The notes below the pieces were generated by a model, which saw only the letters and a program-made list of their open reading frames with translations, searched no databases and was not told where the DNA came from. Positions 54,223 to 64,000 of a stretch of 64,000 nucleotides of DNA are shown here, in pieces (the stretch's first letter is position 1; each line of letters starts with the position of its first letter). This DNA is from Ruditapes philippinarum (taxonomy: Eukaryota): NCBI RefSeq assembly GCF_026571515.1, contig NW_026854585.1, positions 186,001 to 250,000 on the forward strand, in the 5' to 3' direction. The translations under genes and the position numbers were made by a program.

Positions 54223-54437
54223 ATGAGCCGGCCCCACCAAAAACCAAAAATAATGGGTTTGGGGGACCCATGGACCCCGACCAGCCTGCGCATTTCCCCG
54301 CAGTTTTATCCCCCAAACCAGGGTTTTTCCCTTCCAAACCCTATAAACAAGTAGAGAAACTGATAAACCAACAGTATTTATCCCAAACTGGTTTCAAAAA
54401 GCCCCTATGTTGGTATTGTTGTGATTTAACCATACAT
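54223..54437. mobile_element. Garbled copy of the 39150 MITE in low-quality sequence
   Basis: ATGAGCCG...TAATGGGTTTG...GACCAGCCTGCGCAT...CTATGTTGGT is recognisable but homopolymer-inflated. Confidence 0.7.
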
Positions 54438-57400
54438 AATTGAGCAAGGGGAGAAAGATATTATTAAAAATTTTAAAAAGGGCTAAAAGAAAACAAGGGC
54501 CCAAAGTTTTAAAAATAATATTTAAATGTTAAAAAATGTTAGGCCGGGACCACCCCTATAGACATTAAAATACCCCCCCCCCCACCCCCCCCCCCCCCCC
54601 AATTCCCCCCAAAAAATTTAATTTAGAAAAATCATATATGGTTTTAAAAAATTTTAAAAAGGGTTAACTGTCAACCGGGGCCTTAATTTTTTTAAGTAGT
54701 TTCCCCCAGAAATTGTCACTAAAGTTATTTTTATCTGACTTTTATATTCGATTTTTTCTTTACAAATTTTGGGTTTTAAAGAAAATTTTTTCTAAGTTTT
54801 AAACCAAAAGAAAAAGTAAAAATCTAGGAAACAAAAATACATGAAGTTTTAAAAAATTCTTGAAAAAAAAGTTTGATAAAAGTTATGTTTTTTAATTATT
54901 TAATAAATGGCATGCAAAAGTGTAAAAATATTTTTTGTAAGCCTCTTTTCTCAAAATCTAAAATAACCTTATCCTGTTCCAACATTGTTTCAACCTTATA
55001 TTTGTACACTTGCATTGAAAAAAAACAACAAGAAAACTCAATACTAACAGAAATTCATATTATCTGCATGAACTCAGACTTAATATATCAAATCACTATT
55101 GTACTAAAAGTAACAAAACCTTGGTGGTGTAACAAAATAAAGAAGTAGATTTACGTTATTGAGTACAATACTAATTTTATTAGACTCACACCCAGCTGTA
55201 AATCTATAATGAACTCAGCTAGCATCAGTTGTGTAATCCTCCAATAGAAGTAGGTATTGTACTCAACAATGTATAATAACCTTATAATATACAATACACT
55301 GACGCTGTTTCTATATCTGATTGAAATACAAAACATCTTAGAAAATATCTAGCATTTGTAACATGAGAAAGAAAATCACTCTCAAACAAGATATACACGT
55401 ACATGTACTTTCAACACAAATTCTCTACATATAAATTTTCAATATTCAATCCAAGCTAATAAAATGTCTTCTTTATTTCATACTACTTGATAAGACATGG
55501 TATGTTTTGAACACTGAATTTCTAAGTGATAACAAACATCAAATCTCATAATATAATATAAAAACAGAGTATATCATTATGTTTAGCATAAAATAAACAG
55601 GATTTTTAATTCCTAGTAAGAAACAAAAGTACTACCATATATGTATCTATAAAACAATAGGATCATAATATCTTGAACTGGCAACTGAATTTAACACAAA
55701 TGGAATTTACTAGGCTAGAATTGCACAAGGCCTGTATTGTATAGAAAATCATAATTATAATTACTTAAGAGACAAAACAATTTTTTTTTTTACAAAAGTC
55801 TCTTACACTAGATGTAGTTTGTGAATTTATCTTTATTTGTACAATTTACAACAACGACTTTGTATAACAAACTTGTTCTGGTTTGAATTAAGAATTTATA
55901 TCCCAACTGCATGTTGTTCATACTTGAGGGGCTACCCTATTTTGTACTTAAGAGGGTACCCTATTGTATACTTAAGTCACTACCCTACTGTTCTCCAATT
56001 ATTTAAGCCACATAAAGGAATTTTCTAGCTACATTTGAGAAATGGAATAAGTCACATGAGATGTAACTATTACCAATTGTTTCCATAGCACCTGTACAAC
56101 ATGTGTATATATCATAATAAATGTTGTCCATTCATAATTAAATGGATTTCCATATCAAAAATACTGAAATCAAGCAGTCAAAAGTGCATAGACATTTGTA
56201 TATGCAGTTGTTATCCAGAGATAAAAAAAAAATAAGAATTGAAAATGAATTATGCCAGAAACCCGTCTGTTTATAAATTTATACAATTGTTGAACACAAA
56301 TAGTAAATATAAAGTAATTCAGTAATCAAAACTTGTTAAAAAAAAAACCTTGCTTTATGAAACACAATGTTAAATGTTAAGCATTAAACCTCGTAATTTA
56401 TAAGGTAAAATGTAAATAATGTAATGCAAAATAATCTTACAGCACACAAAATGATATTTCATTGGATCAAACATTTTTGGATTGACTTTCCATGAAAATA
56501 ACGAAAAATAGTGCCACACATATAATAATGATTTTACAGTAGACAAAATATGTTTCACAATCTCTTGAAAAAAAATACAACCTAATGTTAGTTAAGCTAC
56601 ACCCATAAAATAATTATAAAAATGAACTTGAATGCATCATATTTTTTCTTTAATCAATAATTGAACACTACATAATCTGCACTTAAAAATATTAACAAAA
56701 TTAACACTTTTTTAAGGGGGTGGATAACTTTAGGATAAGCATATGATTTCCAAGTAAATTGCCAATTAAAAATCTATCATCATTTTCATAGCATGGATTT
56801 AAAATTTTAACTTGTTTGGTATTGTGACAATGCAATTTTTGCAGGATAACATTTAATTTAAACATTTGCTATTAAAAATGTGTGGGATTTGCTTTATACT
56901 GCATAGATAGTGTCCCTACTTTTTTACATTGTTTAATAAAATATGGCACAACAAAGTTATATAAATATACCACAAAATTGACAATCCTTTTTGTACTCAG
57001 CTAGAAAACATGTACATGAAGATGATACTCTGTTACCTACAATGGATGCAGTTCATTTTTGGTAATATCAATTTCTTTCAATTGAAAAATATTTACATGC
57101 ATAAAACATGTAAAAAGTTACTTATACTATGCCACAGATTCTTTGACACTTTCCTTATCATTAGGTTCCAATGAATCCTTTTCAGTAGTTTTATCCATTG
57201 CTGTAGTTTGCCTTTGCCCGGGAGTTTGGGGCTTCTTTTCCCCTTTTTTATAGTTGGTTTTTTTGTGGTTTGGGCTTTGGCTTTTGGGGTTTTTTGGGGA
57301 GAAATTTTTGGCTTTTCTTTTGTGTCAAAGGTTTAAAACCCGATTTTTCCCGGCAAGTTCCCCGGATGTCCCAAGAAAAAAAAATTTTTTTTGGGAATGT

Positions 57401-57660
57401 AACCCAAAATTTTAAAGTGATAGGAAATGTTTGAGCCTAAAAAAATTTTTTTTGCATTTCTTTTAAAAGAAACCCAAAAAGATTAATGTATAGAAAATTT
57501 TTGTATCTTCCCTTAAAAAAAATAATAAAAAAATAAAACAAAATATTCTTTCTTTTGGGGTTTTTTAAAAAAAGTTCAAAATAATGGGGCTTGCCCTTTT
57601 TCCTAATCCCCCCCGAGTGTATAACCCTACCCAGGGGAAAACAAATTTTCCTTTATGGGT

Positions 57661-57970
57661 TAAATGTACACGATGCCCCCTTTAAAGGGTAGGGATGTAC
57701 ATGATTCATCTTTAGAAGGTAAGAACGTACTTGATGCATCCTTTTAGGGTATGAACATATATAATGCACCCTCTGAGGTTATGAACATACCTGACACATC
57801 CTTTGAGGGTATGGATGTACATGATGTTACCTATGTCGGTATGGATGTACATGATGCACCCTTTAAGGGTATTGATATACCAAATGCACTATTCAAAGGT
57901 TTCAACGTACCTGAGGCTCCCTGTGAGGGTATGGATGAACCTGATGCACCCTGTAAGGGTATGGATATAG
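57661..57970. repeat. 30-bp tandem repeat (~10 copies) overlapping the RTK tail
   Basis: Unit ~ATGGATGTACATGATGCACCCTTTAAGGGT, with an exact 30-bp period from 57691 to 57960. Confidence 0.9.
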
Positions 57971-58060
57971 GTGAGGTCGGAGAAGTTGGGGACGTAGTTT
58001 CAGAATCAGAATCACAATCCTCTGATCCTTTCAACATCAATTCATCTGTGTAGTGATAAT
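57831..58060 (-). CDS. MET/RON-like RTK, putative C-terminal tail exon (acidic/Ser-Pro region then 10-aa repeats)
   Basis: Acceptor atttcag| at 58061, in frame with the previous exon. Translates to DYHYTDELMLKGSEDCDSDSETTSPTSPTSPISIPLQGASGSSIPSQGASG...SIPT*. The 3' boundary is uncertain because of internal donor-like sites and adjacent low-quality sequence. Confidence 0.7.
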
Positions 58061-59039
58061 CTGAAATAATAGTAATAAGTTTTAAATCACAGAACACTAA
58101 ATATAACCTCATTTTATTAAATATACAGGATTAAGCCTTTTCATGATCCATCAGAGAAAATTTGTAAATACAGCAACAAAAGAGGTCTCATTGAGAAATA
58201 AATTTCATATGAGGGTCAATTTACCTTTTAATAAATAAAAAATATATAAATATAAATATAACTTTTAATAAAATTCAGTTGTGTTCTATCAATATACATG
58301 TTCTTTGGTTCTCGAACATTCTTTTTACCCCTCTGAACTATAGACTGAAAAGGAAATAAACGTCTGTTTTTTGTGTAATTCCTTGATATTATAATGTTGT
58401 TTGGCTTGGCTCCTTATCAAGTCAAACATCGAGCATCTGTTTTTTCTATGTTTTCCATGTTATTCTATTGTAAACTGAAATAAATCTATTCATTTCTCTT
58501 AAAGAATATCTATTGTAACTATATATAGAACAGCAGTTTGAATGACTCCAAATAAGGCTTGTTCATAAGTAAACGATGTATCATGAAAAATTGAAAGATA
58601 CTGGTTATTGAATAGACAAGGACTTTATACTTAATACCACTGTGACTTTGACCTTTGACCTAATCAAATAAAAATCAGTGGGGGTCATCTTCTGGCTATG
58701 ATAATCCTTCCTCATATGTAAAAAGACAGCATAACTAATTATTATAAAGTTACTGAGTTATTGATATGGCAAACTGACAGACATACAAGTGCAATAACAC
58801 AATACAACAGAAGTTACCCCCTGGCATATTTAAATAGAGTAAAAACAACTTGTACCTTGGACATTGTTTGATATAGGAAGTTTCAAAATAGCAAAGTTCT
58901 ACTGTATCCAAGAAAAAATATCTAAATCTATCATCTATTATAGTAAATGAATGAGTTTTTATTTACATTTTTCTTTATCTTAAATATCATTTTCATGACT
59001 TATCACATTGTTTTAAACCAGCAGTATTTACTATAGTAC

Positions 59040-59209
59040 CTGTACAATTTTCCATATTAACATATGTTGATTGTATATCTGTTGTGTGCTGACCCTGTTT
59101 CATAGCTTGCTCTAGCATTGTAATCATGTCTTTTATCTCATGAGCTAATTGGGAAAATTCTGGACGAGATTTCGGACTCGGATGCCAGCATTTCCTCATT
59201 ACTGCGTAC
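59040..59209 (-). CDS. MET/RON-like RTK, kinase C-lobe end and docking-site exon
   Basis: Acceptor tttcag| at 59210. Translates to YAVMRKCWHPSPKSRPEFSQLAHEIKDMITMLEQAMKQGQHTTDIQSTYVNMENCT, with the CW..P..RP.F motif and YVN. Donor cag|gtacta is phase-compatible with the next exon. Confidence 0.9.
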
Positions 59210-59357
59210 CTGAAAGAAAAGTTAAAATTACTTTTCGATGAAAAATCAGGTGTAGGCAATATAAACCTATATACCATATTACACAGGCGAAAACTAGGTG
59301 CTATTTCTCAGTGATCACAATATTTTACAAAGGCAATGAAATACTGCTTCACAATCT

Positions 59358-59601
59358 GCAACACAATTTCAAATACTGCAATTTCAATTCTGAAAATTGC
59401 AACAAAATTTTCAATATAGCAACACAATTTCTAATATTGCAACAAAACGATAATATCCAAACACAATTTCTAACATTGCAACACAATTTCATATATTACA
59501 ACACAAGTTCTAATATTGCAACACAAGTTCCAACATTGCAATGCAAGTTCCAATATTGCAACACTATTTCCAATATGGCAACACAAGTTTTAACACAATT
59601 T
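59358..59601. repeat. Degenerate 20-bp intronic minisatellite
   Basis: ~12 copies of TTGCAACACAA(T/G)TTC(C/T)AATA. Confidence 0.85.
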
Positions 59602-59852
59602 TAGGTTCTGTCACACTCAAACTATTGTCACAAAATGTCATCCTTAATGGCTTACTCATTTTTTTCAAGCACAAATGGGTTTTCTGAAAATAATCATAGA
59701 CCTTTAACCCTTTCACAAGCCAGCTGGTAGGACTCAAACATACAGCAGTCAGAGGTTCCTGATTTCAAGTCATGGCCTATAACATCTGGGCATGGAGGCC
59801 CCTACAAGTCTTCTCAAAATTAATAACATTAAATTTGTTTTTAAATGCTTAC

Positions 59853-59989
59853 AGTTGATCTGGACAGTACTGTGGTTGAGGCATTCTTCGACCATGTTTC
59901 AGGTACCGCACAATGTCCCAGTTATCCACCTCGGGATATGGATTTACTCCCCTCGTCAAAAGCTCCCACAAAACAATACCAAAGGACCA
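59853..59989 (-). CDS. MET/RON-like RTK, kinase subdomain IX-X exon
   Basis: 137-bp exon, tacag|...|gtaag. Translates to [45 protein letters not shown](L), similar to MET WSFGVLLWELMTRGAPPYP...GRRLLQPEYCPDPL. Confidence 0.96.
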
Positions 59990-60051
59990 CTGTAACATTA
60001 AAACATCAGATAATCTTCAATATTATAAATAATAGTCAATAATGCAAGAAA

Positions 60052-61825
60052 AACTAGAACTATCTCTGAATGCAATTCATACCCCCACCAATGTCCTTAA
60101 GAAGACGACTTGGAAAGGTGGTTAAGGGAATAACTTTAGTGGCACAAATACATATACATAAAAAAAAATATCTCTGGTGAAAAAAAGACAAATTGTACAG
60201 GTAAAAGTATAAATATATAATGCCAATCATGTTGAAACAGTTACAAATAACCTTTCATTTTCCCAATGTACTTAAACAAACAAAAGCAGTGAAGTTAAGA
60301 AAATAGCATAATTATGTCAAAATGTAATTAAGAGTGGAAAAACTTTGCATACTGAGCTTACTTGTCACCCTTCATATATAATATAGTTTCAAGTGAATAT
60401 CTGTTCTAGTTTCAGAAACATGTAAGTATTAATGGTTATTATATATCAGAACAAAGGGGCATAGCTTGTGTCATAATTCAATGAAATTGTAGACTTTTCA
60501 TCATCAGAGTTTGCTTGTAACCATTCATATAAATTTTAAGTTTCAAATAAATATCTGCTCTGGTTTAAGAAATATTATAGTAAATAAATTTAAATACGTA
60601 AAAAATGGACTTAACTTTGTCAAAATACAGTACAAAGTTATCCCCCCCCACACTTTTTTAGTAACTTGACCTGCATATCTTACTTGCGACACTTCGTATA
60701 TATTTGAGGTTTCAAATAATTATCTGTTCTAATTTTAGAAATATTCAAGTACATGTTAAAATTTCAGAACATTTTCTAAGTCAATTTTTGACCTTCAAGT
60801 GTGGCCTTGACCTTAAGCTGGCAAAAGGGTGAGATGGGTTCTGGACATTACCCAGTTGGGGTGAACATTTGAGTCAAGTTTGAAGAAAATCCTTCCATTA
60901 GTATAGAATTTATAGAGTGGACACAACATAATATTGTCTAATATTGATTGTATGTAAATTTAAAATTAAAAGGGGGCATAACTTTGTAATAATGCAAAAC
61001 AGAGTTCTGAAACTTGACCTGCTAATCTTACTTGTGACACCTCATATCTAATTTAAGTTTCAAGCAAATAACTGTCCTAGTTTAAGAATATTCAACTACA
61101 TGTTAAAATTTAAGAACATTTTCTAAGTCAACTTTTGACCTTCAAGTGTGACCTTGACCTTAAGCTGGCACAAAGGTAACATGGGTTCTGTGCATAACCT
61201 TGTTGAGGTGAACATTTGAGTAAAGTTTGAAGAAAAATCTTCAATAAGTATAGGATTTATAGAGCGGACACGACATATTGTCTATATTTGATTGTATGAA
61301 AATTTAAAGACTTAAAAAAGAGACATAACTTTGTCAAAATGCAATACAGAGTTATGAAACTTGACCTGCATATCTTAACTGTGACACTTCATATATATTT
61401 CAAGTTTCAAGCAAATACCTTTTCTAGTTTCAGAAATATATAAATACATGTTAAAATTTAAAAATATTTTCTAAGTCATTTTTTGACCTTCAAGTTTGAC
61501 CTTAAGCCGGCAAAAGGGTAACATGGGTTCTGCACATAACCTTGTTGAGGTGAACAGAGTGTACAGAGCAGACACGACATACTGTCTAATATTTGATTGT
61601 TTGATATTTGACCTTCATTGTGACCTTGAGCTGACACATGGGCAACATGGGTTCTGCATATCCCCTTGTTGAGGTGAACATTTGAGCCAAGTTTAAAGAA
61701 AATCCTTCAATTGGTATAGGATTTATACAGCGGACACGATAATAATGACGGATCAACCGACCAACGCGACAAAGCAAAACCATTATGGCCACCCCCCCCC
61801 CACCCATTTTGTGGTGGGGTATAAA
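60052..61825 (+). mobile_element. HINE/pearl-like element with ~346-bp internal repeats (RTK intron)
   Basis: 5' end AACTAGAA...CATACCCCC. TTGACCTTCAAGT recurs at ~60788, 61135 and 61482. A GACG/GACC-type tract precedes the 3' hairpin CCCCACC-CATTTTGT-GGTGGGG and TATAAAAA. Confidence 0.78.
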
Positions 61826-62057
61826 AAGTAAACTAAAAATATTTAAAAACAATGCCTATTCTTCTTAACAGTCAAAACGAACTGACCCAATTGAAAGATT
61901 TTAACAATATACCAGTAGTATACAAAGTATTTACTCAAATATGTTGTTTTTTTCAAACACAAATATGTACTAATTCTGCAACTCCATTTTATGATTTTTA
62001 TTCAGGAAAGTCAATGCCAGAAGTCAACTTAATTGTTTGATAAAAAAAGTAACTTAC

Positions 62058-62220
62058 AACATCAGACTTGGAGGAATATTTTCCTTTTTCTAGACACTCC
62101 AGTGCCATCCATTTGACTGGCAACATTGTTTTCTTGCTCTCAGATGCATAGTAATCTTTCTCGTAAATGTCACGAGAAAGTCCAAAGTCGGCTACCTTCA
62201 CTCTAAAATCATTGTCTAAC
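62058..62220 (-). CDS. MET/RON-like RTK, DFG/activation-loop exon
   Basis: 163-bp exon, ttcag|...|gtaagt, phase-compatible with its neighbours. Translates to LDNDFRVKVADFGLSRDIYEKDYYASESKKTMLPVKWMALECLEKGKYSSKSDV, with DFG, YxxxYY and LPVKWMALE motifs. Confidence 0.97.
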
Positions 62221-62448
62221 CTGAAACGCGAGTATAATACAATGTTATTTCTACTGAACACACCTGTAAACAGCATTTAAATTTACTGTAATATGTATTA
62301 CCTTATAGTACTGCACATTTGTAACAACAATTTTCATTAGATGATCATGTTGTTTATATCAATCAGACTTAATAGATTATTAAGTCTCAAATAATAACTC
62401 AATTCTGAGGCTTCTGGGTTAACAAAGAAGAAAGTTCAGTTGAGAATA

Positions 62449-63685
62449 CCGTATAAGTACTTATTTCTGCGGGAACTTTATTTCTGCTATTTCTGCGGTT
62501 TATAACGACACCGCAGATTTAAAAATCGCAGAAAATTAAGCCTTTCGCTATGTCTACATGTCTGTAGGAATATGTCAACTACCTGTATTGTATAATTACA
62601 TTACCATGTACCGTTATCAGCTTTTGTAGATGGGAATAATTTTCTTTATGTACCCGTCATGAATGAAATATTAGAAAAAAAAGTTACTTTACTTAAGAAA
62701 TAATATATCCCAAACTGTGATTTTATCGCTCAATAACATCACTGTTTGGAGTTCGGATGCGAGGAATTATATCACGAGGGCGTAGCCCGAGTGATATAAT
62801 GATGCGCATCCGAACGACAAACAGTGATGTTATCCAGCGATAAAATCACCGATTTGGATATATTATTTCGATTCTAACACGACTTAAACAAATAAATGCT
62901 GCCGTTCCTGCTATTAAGCAAAATTACGCCTGATTTGTTTCCGTACTTATTGTCAGCGCGTCGGATTTTATAGTGGTTACGTCACATGTATAATGATTAC
63001 GTCACATGTCTAAATATAGAACGTCAAACAGTGACTCTATTGCATAATAACACACACTTTCGGTTCTTCTATGTTCAATAGGGAAAAATGCGGGTCGTGT
63101 TAGAATTGTTCTTTTTGTTTAAAAAAATGTCATGTTTGTATGAGTTTCGCTCGCCCTAAGCTTGATTTATTTTAAAAATAAAACTATTATAGTTTGACGG
63201 GTGCAATAAACATACCCTTTTGTATTTGTACAATATATTGTGTCTACGTGTGATATTACCATTGTTTATTTTTCACACTTTTGACATATTTATACACATG
63301 CAGTATTACAATTAACTGTTGTCATTGCACGTTGTTGATTTTTGTTTATTAACGTTTTGTTTATTGCGTTCATTGAGCGCCGCCTTACCTTGTTGATCTC
63401 GTTTATCATATTTTATATACCGATACATGGTGATCACGATGAACACACATTATAAGTCGTCTGCATGTTTACCGGAAGTAATGCACATGTTACATCAACA
63501 TATCTTGAAATGTTGTCTGTTTGTATCGGCTAATTTTGTAAAAATATCTAAGTTGAAACGCAAAGATAAAAAACATCAATGCGAGAATGATGACACCGCA
63601 GAAATAAAATACGCAGAAATTTGAAACCCCTTATTTTAACCAAAATCGCAGAATTTTAAGCCCGCAGAAATAAGTACTTATACGG
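62449..63685. mobile_element. Tc1/mariner-type MITE with TA TSD and a nested palindromic element (RTK intron)
   Basis: TA|CCGTATAAGTACTTATTTCTGCGGG ... CCCGCAGAAATAAGTACTTATACGG|TA gives a 25-bp perfect TIR. Subterminal CGCAGA motifs are repeated. Confidence 0.88.
62701..63106. mobile_element. Nested hairpin-forming non-autonomous element
   Basis: A ~165-bp imperfect palindrome (62701-62866) centred on GAGGGCGTAGCCCGAG, followed by the inverted pair ATTCTAACACGAC / GTCGTGTTAGAAT. Confidence 0.7.
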
Positions 63686-63725
63686 TATTCAGTTTTAGAA
63701 ACAACATAAAAATAACAACACTTAC

Positions 63726-63835
63726 ATGCAGTTTCTACAAGCTAAGTCTCTATGTACAAATTTTAGTTCAGAAAGATAGGCCATTCCCTCAGCAATATCT
63801 ATACCAAATGTGATCAGATCCTTTATAGTAGGTGC
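63726..63835 (-). CDS. MET/RON-like receptor tyrosine kinase, kinase-domain exon (catalytic loop)
   Basis: 110-bp exon bounded by ttcag| and |gtaag. Translates to [36 protein letters not shown](M), close to [40 protein letters not shown]. Missed by the ORF track. The gene continues beyond the window end. Confidence 0.96.
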
Positions 63836-64000
63836 CTGAAAAATTGCACATCAAACATGTACATATATATACAGTATAACCTCTGCAAATGGCCCATTGT
63901 AGACTGATAACCTCTTTATAATAATGGACTCAAATCTTCCTAGACTTAAAATTGACACTGAATTTAATCTCTATTTAACAACATCTGTCATCAACAACCA

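Noticed and set aside
57751-58053. 100-aa plus-strand repeat ORF
   Set aside because: Antisense shadow of the RTK tail exon and the 30-bp repeat.

Overview
AT-rich animal genomic DNA. The repeat families suggest a bivalve mollusc, probably a venerid-type clam (inference). Two protein-coding genes are supported, both on the minus strand. (1) The last five exons of a MET/RON-like receptor tyrosine kinase lie at 57831-63835, ending in a 10-aa repeat tail whose true end is uncertain. (2) About 15 kb downstream is the first coding exon of a Piccolo/Bassoon-like active-zone protein (42642-42880; MGNEGS start plus a RIM/Slp-type helix). I found no further exon, so positions 1-42640 appear to be one very large intron. 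That intron holds an old ~9.8-kb non-coding tandem duplication with patches of near-identity, decayed further copies, and a second ~1.7-kb duplication. Mobile DNA includes a 2.7-kb CAC...GTG element with ~535-bp TIRs and a 5-bp TSD (Transib/RAG-like signature), a 1.9-kb TIR element, tRNA-derived SINEs, palindromic MITEs, three Helentron/pearl-like elements with internal satellite arrays, and an ancient MITE-like family whose end is highly conserved in the duplicated units. Several minisatellites are present. Two stretches (~53970-54900 and ~57200-57690) look like low-accuracy sequence. Almost all ORFs in the supplied track are spurious. All alignments and identities were judged by eye.
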